Shown here: positions 45,915 to 54,842 of the stretch, in pieces
How positions within the stretch are numbered: position 1 is the stretch's first letter
Layout of the letters: every line of letters begins with the position of its first letter
Virus record (IMG/VR): IMGVR_UViG_3300005077_000018
Location: 1,686 to 65,685 of that record
Direction: 5' to 3' (one strand)
Length of the DNA stretch: 64,000 bases
Source of the DNA: a virus
Translations under genes and position numbers: made by a program
Notes under the pieces: model-generated
The model's database searches: none
Told to the model about the DNA's origin: nothing
Seen by the model: the letters and a program-made list of their open reading frames with translations, nothing else

Positions 45915-46609
45915 TGAACAAGGTAATCTCGTATACTACTAGCTCCTATTATCAAAATATGGAGGATATGCTTCATGAATGTTGCGAGAGATTCGATCTT
46001 CAACACGAGAGATATGATCAAGAATGGTTTCATTCCACCGAATACTATTCGAAACACAAAGACGTCGCTGATCAAAGAAGAATGGCAGGTTTCGCAATTT
46101 GGAAACCATTCATCATTCTGGACGCTTTGAGGAAGGTCGAAGAAAACGATGTAATCTGCTATCTTGACGCTAGCGTGGTATTCGAAGAAGACCCCAGACC
46201 ATTCTTCGACACAGTAAAATTCATAGCGGTAGGTAACGCAGACGACTGGGTGAATCGAGACTGGATAAAGAGAGACGCGTTTATCCTGATGAATGCCGAT
46301 AGCTCGGAATTTTGGAATGCAAGACAGATTTGGGCGGGTCAAATTGTTGTTAGGAAGAATAACGCTTCGATGACCCTCATGGAAGAATTCTTGACGTGGT
46401 GTGAAGATAGAAGAATAATAACTGACGAAGATAACGTCTGCGGTCTTCCGAATTTCTCGGGATTTAGAGAAAATAGATCCGAGCAAGCTATTCTCGCCAT
46501 AATGGCGGTCATCTATCCTGAATTCATTTCTCACGATCCTACCGTATTCCACGATTATGCTGGAAACTGGTCAGAGTGGATTCCTTGGTCCAAGAAGGGA
46601 AGAAGATGA
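45914..46609 (+). CDS. Nucleotide-diphospho-sugar transferase-like protein
   Basis: IWKPFIILDAL, CYLDAS, EQAILAI. Confidence 0.6.
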   Translation: MNKVISYTTSSYYQNMEDMLHECCERFDLQHERYDQEWFHSTEYYSKHKDVADQRRMAGFAIWKPFIILDALRKVEENDVICYLDASVVFEEDPRPFFDTVKFIAVGNADDWVNRDWIKRDAFILMNADSSEFWNARQIWAGQIVVRKNNASMTLMEEFLTWCEDRRIITDEDNVCGLPNFSGFRENRSEQAILAIMAVIYPEFISHDPTVFHDYAGNWSEWIPWSKKGRR

Positions 46610-46842
46610 TAGTTCTGACTTGTATCGACTGCAGAGGATTAGTGGAATCCAGAGGAGGATTCCCTTACTGCGAAAGATGCGGTAAGTTCTTGTATATGTA
46701 TCAGATTAGATTTACCGTGGTTCCTACGCCAGAAAACTGGACAGAAAAAGAGGAGTTTTTAGATGTCAGAACAACCCCAGAAGGATTACATAACGACATT
46801 CGATCAACTGGAGAGATGCAAGGGTCATCCGATATCTCTTGA
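46606..46842 (+). CDS. Small Zn-ribbon protein
   Basis: CIDC...CERC; overlaps the polA start. Confidence 0.5.
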   Translation: MIVLTCIDCRGLVESRGGFPYCERCGKFLYMYQIRFTVVPTPENWTEKEEFLDVRTTPEGLHNDIRSTGEMQGSSDIS

Positions 46843-48727
46843 CACAGAAACCACAGGTCTGAATCCCTGGATGGACGATCTGATCGGAGTTTCGTTTTAT
46901 TGCGAATCTCTGGGTTTAGGCGGATATATTCCCACTTTGGATTCGGAAAGCAGAGTTACGGCAAAGAGGATCTGCAGTGAATTTCCAGACAAGAACGTGA
47001 TTGTTTTTCACAATGCGAAATTTGACCTTCACTTTCTTCGAATGGACCCCAATCTTCATGACTGGACTATAATGGATACTACAGTCATGCTTCATCTTCT
47101 AGACAGTAGACAACCCAAGGCATTAGTTCTTGCGGAGAAACGTTGGCTTGGAACTGAAAGCAAGAGAGACAAAGTTGAAGCCGCTCCTGCTAGAACAAAA
47201 ATATGGAATTGGCCGATAAGGATAATTTCGGCCTACGCCGCCAATGACGCAAAAGTCACATGGCAACTTGCTCAAAAACTCTGGCCCTATCTCAAGGAAA
47301 TGGGTCTTACCGATCTTTTCTGGAAAGATATGGAATACGTGAAAACTTTGTATTCTATAGAAGATTACGGAGTTCTAATTGACGAGGAGTTCATTGAGGA
47401 ATCTGCCGAAAAGCTACAGGGTCATCTAAGAAATATGGAACGTGAGCTCATGGATAGTTGCGGAGCTCAGTTCAATTGGAGAAGTCCTCAGCAGCTCAGC
47501 AGGGCAATCTATGATGGTCTCGGAATTCCTAAACCGAAGAATCCTTTCGCTGACGCCGATGGAGTTGATCGAAGTCGTTTTGCTGACGCAGGTAAGTACA
47601 AATCAACTTGCACAGCTACCTTCATTCTTACAGAAAAGATCCATCATCCTCTAGGAGAGCTTATTTCCTCGATGAGAGAAGCCGATAAACTTCGGAAAGC
47701 CTTCTTGAAGTGGTTGGAATTGAAGGACGAAAATAACATTCTTCACACAAACTTCAATCAAACTGGAACCAGAACTGGCAGATTATCCTCGTCAAGACCC
47801 AATCTTCAAAACATAGCCTCTCAAACCAGAGGAAGATTCACTCAGAGCGTCTATACCGGATCTGTGGATCGATCCGACGAATTCAACATGAGAAGAGCAG
47901 TAATTCCAAGACCTGGAAACTGCTTCATATCGGTAGACTATAAGCAGATGGAAATGAGAATGTTCGGAATTCTTAGCAAAGATCCATTCATGCTCAATGC
48001 TCTGATTGCCGGAAAGGATGTTCATCTGGAGATTGCTCTGAAAGTATGGGGAGATTGCGGTGAACACATGAACAAAGTTCATCGCGAGTGGTCCAAAACA
48101 ATAACATTCGGTCTTATCTACGGAATGACTCTCGGCTCTCTTCAGTATAAACTTAATATGACTAGAATTGAAGCCGCCAAAGTGACCGATCAATATTGGG
48201 GTCAATTCCCAAGAATCAAACCCTGGATGGACGAAATAGTTGAATCATGCAAACTTGACGGGTTCCTGAGATACTGGAGTGGAAGAATCTGGAAAGAGGA
48301 AAATCCCATTGACATGTACAAGGGATGCAACGCTCTTATTCAGGGAGGATGTGCTGATCTTCTTTCAATAGCCGCCATGAGAGTGCATGAATGGATGAGA
48401 AAGCAACCAAATCACAGATTGATCAATCTGGTTCATGACGAAACAATTAGCGAAGTTCCTGTCGACGACATTCTTCGATCGGCAAAATTCGTTTCGGAAA
48501 CTATGCAAGTACCTGATCTATTCGGAATTCCCTTCGCTACAGATGTGAAAATAGGACATTCCTACGGAGACATGGTAAAAGTTTCCAAAGATGTTTTGAA
48601 TGATCCTTCAAGAACTTCTCTGTCAATGGAGGAAGTATTCCAGGAAACTCCGGTTGCCGTAGCTGAGATTCCTGACGCGATAGATTTTGATGACTCGGAT
48701 GAAGACGAAGATTCTGAAGAGTCTTAA
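46763..48727 (+). CDS. polA: Family A DNA polymerase with 3'-5' exonuclease
   Basis: LDTETTG, HNAKFD, TGRLSSSRPNLQNI, VDYKQME, KTITFGLIYG, VHDE. Confidence 0.97.
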   Translation: MSEQPQKDYITTFDQLERCKGHPISLDTETTGLNPWMDDLIGVSFYCESLGLGGYIPTLDSESRVTAKRICSEFPDKNVIVFHNAKFDLHFLRMDPNLHDWTIMDTTVMLHLLDSRQPKALVLAEKRWLGTESKRDKVEAAPARTKIWNWPIRIISAYAANDAKVTWQLAQKLWPYLKEMGLTDLFWKDMEYVKTLYSIEDYGVLIDEEFIEESAEKLQGHLRNMERELMDSCGAQFNWRSPQQLSRAIYDGLGIPKPKNPFADADGVDRSRFADAGKYKSTCTATFILTEKIHHPLGELISSMREADKLRKAFLKWLELKDENNILHTNFNQTGTRTGRLSSSRPNLQNIASQTRGRFTQSVYTGSVDRSDEFNMRRAVIPRPGNCFISVDYKQMEMRMFGILSKDPFMLNALIAGKDVHLEIALKVWGDCGEHMNKVHREWSKTITFGLIYGMTLGSLQYKLNMTRIEAAKVTDQYWGQFPRIKPWMDEIVESCKLDGFLRYWSGRIWKEENPIDMYKGCNALIQGGCADLLSIAAMRVHEWMRKQPNHRLINLVHDETISEVPVDDILRSAKFVSETMQVPDLFGIPFATDVKIGHSYGDMVKVSKDVLNDPSRTSLSMEEVFQETPVAVAEIPDAIDFDDSDEDEDSEES

Positions 48728-48729
48728 CA

Positions 48730-48903
48730 ATGGAGGTTCTTATCTGTCCTTTCTGCGACTCCATATTTCTTCAAGAGTATGATGCTGGAGACGAATGTCC
48801 GGAATGCGAACTAGGAGTCCTCATATCATTCGATGAGTATTTAGAGAGAATAAGCTCCTCATTTGGAGAAGCATTCTCATTCTTCAGAGGTTCAGATGAG
48901 TGA
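48730..48903 (+). CDS. 57-aa Zn-ribbon protein
   Basis: CPFC...CPEC; not in the ORF track. Confidence 0.6.
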   Translation: MEVLICPFCDSIFLQEYDAGDECPECELGVLISFDEYLERISSSFGEAFSFFRGSDE

Positions 48904-51382
48904 ACTAGACGAAACTGCTGAGCTTCTTCTGGACATATTTGGCGGAAATCCGTACAGAGCGGTAGCCTCTTCTACCGGAAGAGATATTTACTATGCTCCA
49001 GTGGACGTTCCCCTATCTCTGGACGATTTGAAGAGACATCTATCCGGGGAAATATGTTTGGGAGCGTATCAACTTCTCTCCGGATCAGACGTTGTGAATT
49101 GGTTGGGATTCGACGTCGATAGCGTTGATCTTGACAAGGCTAGAGAAATCGTAAGAAAAATCCAAACCCATCTTAACAACATTCCTCATGCGGTTGAATT
49201 TTCCGGGGGTAAGGGATATCATATACTCATATTTCTAAAATCTCCTCTTCCAGCCGTCAAAGCTAAGAAGATTGTAGACTGGGTGAGGGAAACTGAGGGA
49301 TTTGCCTCTACCGGATCAGTTCACGTTGAATGCTTTCCGAAACAAGACAGGCTCACAAAATCTAGGCCAAAGGGAAATCTTCTGAAGATTCCGTTAGGAG
49401 AGCATCCTAGATCTCACGCGAGATCAATATTCGTAGATCCGGCTAATGGATGGGAAAACGGTCCATCAATTGATCCGGTGTCTACACTCAGAGCCAAAGC
49501 AGACATAGATGATCTGATGGCAATAATCAATGAGGGTCCTGATCCAACTACTCAATTGGTTGAGCTCATAGGTCAATATTGGGAATCCGGAAAAAGACAC
49601 GACTTAGCTCTGTTTCTGAGCGGATACCTAGCTCATGAAGGATGGGGAGTTGACCAGGCAAGAGATTTGATGCTTCAAATCGTAAGAACGACTGGAGACG
49701 ACGAAGAATTCAATAGACTTGCTACCGTAGAAACTACTTTCGTAAAACATAAGGAAGGGAAATCTGTTAGAGGAAGACAGGGTTTAGGGGAAATTCTTCC
49801 AGTATCAGCTATGCAAAAGCTGACGGAATTGGTCTCCAATCTAAGAGCTCCTGACACGGTAAGACAGATAGACGACATAAGATTCACAAAGAGTCGTCCT
49901 CCGATAGAAAATGCAAGATTATCAGCGGCAACCATGTGGGGAATACTCAATGACGAAGGAAGTAGATTATTTCAAACATCTGAAGGATTTGCTTATTGGT
50001 ATAATGCTTCAGACCATACAGTGACTGAAACAGGCTCTGAAATGTGGAAGTCTATTCTCAATAGACTTTTCGGAATGAATCCCCACGATAATTTCAGTAA
50101 ACTTACAACTCAGGAACTTCATCTCCGAACAGTCAGAGAAGCTCCTATAGTCCCTGTAGAGACTAGAACATTCTGGTCGGAAGCGGCAGAAAAGTTGTAT
50201 GTGAATCTTGGAGGTCCTGAGGTATATGTTCTAAACGGAGAGTCGATCGACAAGAGCTATAATGGAGAGTGTGGTATCATGTTCGTTACCAATCAGAACG
50301 GTAAGTACATAGAACCAGACTTTGAATCTAAACCAGTTGACTGCTGGAATTTTCTTACGAATGATCTGAGCTTCAAATCAACTACGGAAGCTCCTTCAAG
50401 ACCTGCAGAACAGAGAGAACTTCTCAAAGCATGGCTTCTGGCCTTCTTCTTCCAGGAGTTGATGCCAACTAAACCCATTCTTGCCATGCTAGGACAACCA
50501 GGAAGCGGAAAAACTACAGCTATCAGAAGAATTCTACGAATCGTTGAGAATCCTGATAGTGATGTGCTTGGGGTTCCAACTGACAAGCAAGATGCTTTCA
50601 GAGCTTCAATCTCGTCGCATCGTCTCCTCGTTCTTGACAACCTCGAGAAATCGGGAGCCGGATGGATGGTTGACATGCTCAATAAACTATCTACCGGAAA
50701 TACAATTGAGCTCAGGGAACTGTATAAAACTAACGCCAGACATTTGATAGCTCCTAAATGTTTCGTAGCTTGTACTGCTGTGAATATGCCTTTCTCCGAT
50801 GAAACTCTATTTTCAAGACTTCTAGTTCTTGAGATGGATCAGCTTCAGGAACCTATGGCAGAGCATCTTATTCAACGGAGAATAAGAGAAAACGGTCCGG
50901 CTATATGGGCTGATCTTCTTCGTAAACTGAACGATATAGTCTCTCAGATCAAGACCTACCGTAATCCAAGAGCTCCGACTAAATCAAGACTTGTAGACTT
51001 CAACGTCTTCTGCGATAGGATAAAAAAGTCTTACGCGGTAAATGGAGAAATGTTGATGATGGGTCTTCTTAGTATGGTAGATGCTCAGCTCAGACAGTTG
51101 AAAGAAAGCTCTCAAGCTGTAACTTTGATTGAAGAATGGATAACTTCTAGACCGCATGAAGCTGAGGAATGGAAGTCTTTCCAGGAGTTATACGCCGCTT
51201 TGAGCCTGATGTGTCAAGCAAGGAAAATAGATTTCAGATGGAAGAATGCTCTAGGACTCGGTAGGCATCTATCGACTCTGAAGGAAAGACTGATTGCGGA
51301 TTTCGGGGCCGAGTTTTCTGAAGTCGAGTCGAAGGAATCGGCTAGATCTGTGACGAAAGTGAGATTTAGAATAAATGTGTAA
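48896..51382 (+). CDS. AEP-type primase fused to P-loop ATPase/helicase
   Basis: GFDVDS, EFSGGKGYH, GNLLKIPLG, GQPGSGKTT, LVLDN. Confidence 0.9.
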   Translation: MSELDETAELLLDIFGGNPYRAVASSTGRDIYYAPVDVPLSLDDLKRHLSGEICLGAYQLLSGSDVVNWLGFDVDSVDLDKAREIVRKIQTHLNNIPHAVEFSGGKGYHILIFLKSPLPAVKAKKIVDWVRETEGFASTGSVHVECFPKQDRLTKSRPKGNLLKIPLGEHPRSHARSIFVDPANGWENGPSIDPVSTLRAKADIDDLMAIINEGPDPTTQLVELIGQYWESGKRHDLALFLSGYLAHEGWGVDQARDLMLQIVRTTGDDEEFNRLATVETTFVKHKEGKSVRGRQGLGEILPVSAMQKLTELVSNLRAPDTVRQIDDIRFTKSRPPIENARLSAATMWGILNDEGSRLFQTSEGFAYWYNASDHTVTETGSEMWKSILNRLFGMNPHDNFSKLTTQELHLRTVREAPIVPVETRTFWSEAAEKLYVNLGGPEVYVLNGESIDKSYNGECGIMFVTNQNGKYIEPDFESKPVDCWNFLTNDLSFKSTTEAPSRPAEQRELLKAWLLAFFFQELMPTKPILAMLGQPGSGKTTAIRRILRIVENPDSDVLGVPTDKQDAFRASISSHRLLVLDNLEKSGAGWMVDMLNKLSTGNTIELRELYKTNARHLIAPKCFVACTAVNMPFSDETLFSRLLVLEMDQLQEPMAEHLIQRRIRENGPAIWADLLRKLNDIVSQIKTYRNPRAPTKSRLVDFNVFCDRIKKSYAVNGEMLMMGLLSMVDAQLRQLKESSQAVTLIEEWITSRPHEAEEWKSFQELYAALSLMCQARKIDFRWKNALGLGRHLSTLKERLIADFGAEFSEVESKESARSVTKVRFRINV

Positions 51383-51407
51383 ATTCATTACAATTTTTTT
51401 GCCATAG

Positions 51408-51452
51408 TTTTATATGGCTTGTGTATTTTACGCATATAATCGAACGTTGTAG
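51408..51452. repeat. 45-nt dispersed element, copy A
   Basis: 40/45 identical to 56521-56565. Confidence 0.9.
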
Positions 51453-51520
51453 GGGCATGTTTTTGGTCATTAGGCAGGTACGCGCAAAAAATAGCCCCGT
51501 TTCAGGTCAAAAGTGGGCTA

Positions 51521-51549
51521 TTGCAAAATATTTTCTGGCGGGTTATAAT
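51521..51549 (+). promoter_or_regulatory. Sigma70-type promoter
   Basis: TTGCAA-17-TATAAT. Confidence 0.85.
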
Positions 51550-51597
51550 AAATTGTAGCAAAAAATTCTTTCGTCTTCAAGAGATAAGGAGGCTAGT

Positions 51598-51915
51598 ATG
51601 GGTACAAAATTCACTATCGAAGAGGTTGACTTCTTCCCATCAAAGCGTGCGGTCAGCAACGAGTACTCTCCAATATACGAGATGATTGCGTCTGCTCCCC
51701 TGGAAAGTCCCCGAAGAATCGGTCCGTTCAGTCGTCGGGAAGCCAACAGCGTTCAGACCTCAATCACCGAGAAATTCAAGGATTCCTTGGAATTCAAGGT
51801 CTTTACGACAATTCGGGATATCCACGGAGATAAACCCTCCTCTGATGAGGAAGGTCGCTATGTCTTCGTGACAAAGGTTGCTCGGGTTAATCCCAACTCT
51901 TCCCAGGAAGATTAG
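51598..51915 (+). CDS. Hypothetical small protein
   Basis: AAGGAGG RBS. Confidence 0.75.
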   Translation: MGTKFTIEEVDFFPSKRAVSNEYSPIYEMIASAPLESPRRIGPFSRREANSVQTSITEKFKDSLEFKVFTTIRDIHGDKPSSDEEGRYVFVTKVARVNPNSSQED

Positions 51916-51934
51916 CAATCTGAATAAACATGCG

Positions 51935-52010
51935 GGGCCTCTAGCTCAGTGGTTAGAGCGGACGGCTCATAACCGTTTGGTCGCTGGTTCGATCCCAGCG
52001 AGGCCCACCA
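51935..52010 (+). tRNA. tRNA with CAT anticodon, likely Ile2 (lysidine, reads AUA)
   Basis: Cloverleaf GGGCCTC/GAGGCCC, loop CT-CAT-AA, TTCGATC T-loop, encoded ACCA; resembles ileX-type more than Met tRNAs. Confidence 0.9.
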
Positions 52011-52159
52011 TGTCACAGTAATTTTCGGGCGTGGTGAGTAGGCAGAAGGCAGTAGAAGGATACCGCGACAAGATCGCTAAACTCGAGACCGTGATCACCT
52101 CAGTACCGGCGTCGAGGGAACCGTAAACCTCAAAAAAAAATTCACTATAGGAGTTTTAT

Positions 52160-52312
52160 ATGGGACCGAATGATGATAAGAGGGAACGAGAAAGAAGAGA
52201 GCGTGCTGAGCAAGAAGCAAGAAGACTTGCCGAAGAGCTCAAACGAAAGATTGAAGAGCGAGAGAATGCTCAGAGGGTTATAGAGCGAATGAATCAAGGT
52301 AAGAAACCCTAG
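52160..52312 (+). CDS. 50-aa charged single-alpha-helix peptide
   Basis: AGGAG RBS; ER/K-rich. Confidence 0.6.
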   Translation: MGPNDDKRERERRERAEQEARRLAEELKRKIEERENAQRVIERMNQGKKP

Positions 52313-52323
52313 AGGGTCTAATC

Positions 52324-52396
52324 GCTCTCGTAGCTCAACGGACAGAGCATCTGCCTTCTAAGCAGAGGGTTGTGGGTTCGAATCCCACCGAGAGCG
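52324..52396 (+). tRNA. tRNA-Arg(UCU)
   Basis: GCTCTCG/CGAGAGC acceptor, TCTGC-CT-TCT-AA-GCAGA anticodon arm, GTGGG-TTCGAAT-CCCAC T arm; CCA not encoded. Confidence 0.92.
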
Positions 52397-52400
52397 CAAG

Positions 52401-52550
52401 CCTCGCGAACACGTACTCGGGGAACCCCCGACGAGGCCCGAACGGTAGAACATACGATGACATGTGCAGAGGTGAGTCCCAGTCCTGCAACCCACTACCG
52501 TTCTGAACTTTAAAAACGAGCGGGGAGCTAATGGCTCAAATCTTCCGCTC
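52401..52550 (+). ncRNA. Putative structured RNA downstream of tRNA-Arg
   Basis: Three consecutive stems, including perfect 9-bp GAACGGTAG/CTACCGTTC. Confidence 0.45.
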
Positions 52551-52564
52551 TTTAGGAGAGTGTT

Positions 52565-53140
52565 ATGAAAACACTACTCAATGCTTTGTTTAGAGCGCCA
52601 GTTCTAGTTATGGTAGCTCTGTCGCTGGCTCTGAGCGGTTGCTTTGGAGCTGTCAACCTCCCGGCCAATACTGAGGCTATTCTCTACTATACAGCGACTT
52701 CCGTTGGACCGAGAACGGTAGCCTTCGGCATCTCCCAAGCTCTCGCCGACAAGCCTGGAGCAGAGATTTTGATGAAGGGATCCCAGTATATCTTCCTATG
52801 GACCCAAGAGGGCATAGGGACCGCTATGTGGGCGATAGATCTCAAGAGTGGTACTGCGACCTGGGACGTCATTAAAAACCTAAATTTGGGAGGTCAAATC
52901 GGGAACTTCCGAGCAGTTTCTGATTTGAAGGCGTGGTTGATGAGACCGGAAAATGGGTGGACTATAACTACAGGATCCGCCCTAGCGTCGACTGCCAGAT
53001 CATTATTGACCTCAGCAATTTCTGCCGTTTCTTCGTCTACGCTTTCTCTCTATATGCTTACTCCGACAATGATGTCAGGATCTCAGGTTCCATGGGATCA
53101 CCTGATGCCCCCGGACGACTTCGAAATTCCACAGAGTTAG
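52565..53140 (+). CDS. Predicted lipoprotein
   Basis: Signal peptide with lipobox LSGC. Confidence 0.7.
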   Translation: MKTLLNALFRAPVLVMVALSLALSGCFGAVNLPANTEAILYYTATSVGPRTVAFGISQALADKPGAEILMKGSQYIFLWTQEGIGTAMWAIDLKSGTATWDVIKNLNLGGQIGNFRAVSDLKAWLMRPENGWTITTGSALASTARSLLTSAISAVSSSTLSLYMLTPTMMSGSQVPWDHLMPPDDFEIPQS

Positions 53141-53155
53141 GCACTCTAAACGAGT

Positions 53156-53211
53156 GAGAGTTGCTTGGAGCACGGATCCATGATTCGTCCGGTTCGATTC
53201 CGGAACTCTCC
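53156..53211 (+). ncRNA. Miniature tRNA-like element
   Basis: GAGAGTT/AACTCTC acceptor-like stem, CCGG-TTCGATT-CCGG T arm, CAT-loop hairpin. Confidence 0.55.
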
Positions 53212-53237
53212 TTTAATCTTTTTCTAAAGGAGATGAA

Positions 53238-53624
53238 ATGCTAGAAAGATTGATTCGGCTTTTGGTGGAACCCGTTCAGCGGGAAATATCGATTCGTCAG
53301 ATTGCTCGAGATTCCGGAATGAATTTGAGAGTTCTTCGCGACTCTGCGGATCTTCTTGACACGGTATACAGATTTTGTAGCAAGATGTCAATAAAACTTG
53401 ACGATCAATACAGTCTGGATACCAGAAATAGAGCACTTCTATTCTGCAGAAATCTTTTGGCTGTCCTGGTAACTGTGTCAGATGCCGAAGATTTAGAGGA
53501 GATGAACAGAGTAATAGACGGAACCAGCGAAATACTCTACTCTCTTATGGAGAGATCGTCGGAACCGGATAATCTTCTTCTGTACAAACAGTTCGAGGAT
53601 ATCGCTCGAGGAGACAGACTATGA
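53238..53624 (+). CDS. Hypothetical protein
   Basis: AAGGAG RBS. Confidence 0.65.
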   Translation: MLERLIRLLVEPVQREISIRQIARDSGMNLRVLRDSADLLDTVYRFCSKMSIKLDDQYSLDTRNRALLFCRNLLAVLVTVSDAEDLEEMNRVIDGTSEILYSLMERSSEPDNLLLYKQFEDIARGDRL

Positions 53625-54160
53625 ATCTGGATTTTATAACGTCTGACGAAATCTTCGTTATAGACACGGAAACTACTGGCTTGGGATCTACAGCTGAAGC
53701 GGTTCAGATAGCCATAGTAGACTACTATGGAAATATCAGATTCGATCAGCTGATTAAACCAACCTATCCCATTCCGATCGAAGTTTCCACAATTCATGGA
53801 ATACTCAATTCAGATGTCGAGAAGGCTCAAACACTTCACTATTACTGGGATATGATCAGACATCAGTGGATAGATGGAAAGGTTCTGACCGGATATAACG
53901 TCAACTTCGACATGAGAATTCTAACTACTACCTTGACTGCCAGAGATCCGGAAATAGCGAGAACCAGAATGCCTACTCCTCTTATGATTCTTGACGTCAT
54001 GCTTCTGGTCAAACATCATTTCAGACTCGAAAAATTTGTCAGTCTCAAAAAAGCTGTGGAACTTCTGGATCTTCCTCTTTCTTCCGGAGATGAATTCCAT
54101 ACGGCTAGAACTGACGCCGTAATGACAGCTATGGTTCTGAGAGAAGTTCTGAGCCTATAA
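53621..54160 (+). CDS. DEDDh 3'-5' exonuclease (DnaQ-like)
   Basis: IDTETTG, GYNVNFD, HTARTDA. Confidence 0.92.
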   Translation: MNLDFITSDEIFVIDTETTGLGSTAEAVQIAIVDYYGNIRFDQLIKPTYPIPIEVSTIHGILNSDVEKAQTLHYYWDMIRHQWIDGKVLTGYNVNFDMRILTTTLTARDPEIARTRMPTPLMILDVMLLVKHHFRLEKFVSLKKAVELLDLPLSSGDEFHTARTDAVMTAMVLREVLSL

Positions 54161-54568
54161 ATGGAAGCAATAACCTCAATCACGATCAGAAATTTGTATC
54201 TTCAATCTTCGAAACCTACCGTCAAAGAGAAGGTCTACGAAACATTCAGATCGACTTTGGCTGAAATCTCTCGAATTCTTCACGAGGATCCTCCTGACCA
54301 AACTTGGAAGTATGCTCAGGTCTTTGATAGCGTAGCTGTTGAATGGACTATAGCCTCTGTAGAGATCAACAAACTTCTAATCGACCTGAAATCTGAAGAT
54401 CTTGTGGCATCTGACGCGTTCAGAATACTTCTAAGAGCGGAGAACCCAACATTCTATTTTCGCCTGTTGATGGCGGGAATGACTCCTCTTCCCGACGAGG
54501 AGAATTTGACTTTGAAGGCTAGAGCTAGAGCGAGGAAGAATAATGGCAGAAAAAGACACCTTAACTAA
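54161..54568 (+). CDS. Hypothetical protein
   Basis: Operonic ORF. Confidence 0.6.
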   Translation: MEAITSITIRNLYLQSSKPTVKEKVYETFRSTLAEISRILHEDPPDQTWKYAQVFDSVAVEWTIASVEINKLLIDLKSEDLVASDAFRILLRAENPTFYFRLLMAGMTPLPDEENLTLKARARARKNNGRKRHLN

Positions 54569-54842
54569 TTCCTTTATGGACGGAGTGTGGAAAAATCTAG
54601 CAGAATCTATGGATGACCCCTCTCCGCTCTTTTCAACTACTATCACGATTTTCAAAATCAACGTTCTTAGAGACTCATTCAGAGCGATCGTTCATTTCCA
54701 CTTCTTGATCGTCATTTCCTGTTTCGTATATGCCGTTCTAGAACGCGGAGAAACGTTTATTCCCTGGATTCCTTTCGTTTCGTCGATGACGAGTCTCTTG
54801 ATCACTACCATGACGGTAAATTCTCGGGTGGTGAACTCATGA
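54543..54842 (+). CDS. Hypothetical protein, partly hydrophobic
   Basis: Overlap-coupled ORF. Confidence 0.45.
   Translation: MAEKDTLTNSFMDGVWKNLAESMDDPSPLFSTTITIFKINVLRDSFRAIVHFHFLIVISCFVYAVLERGETFIPWIPFVSSMTSLLITTMTVNSRVVNS

Noticed and set aside
46763-51382. Inteins or introns in polA and primase
   Set aside because: Lengths and motif spacing fit uninterrupted proteins; no intein terminal motifs seen
51438-51452. LexA (Cheo) box in AATCGAACGTTGTAG
   Set aside because: Lacks the GAAC-N4-GTTC inverted half-site
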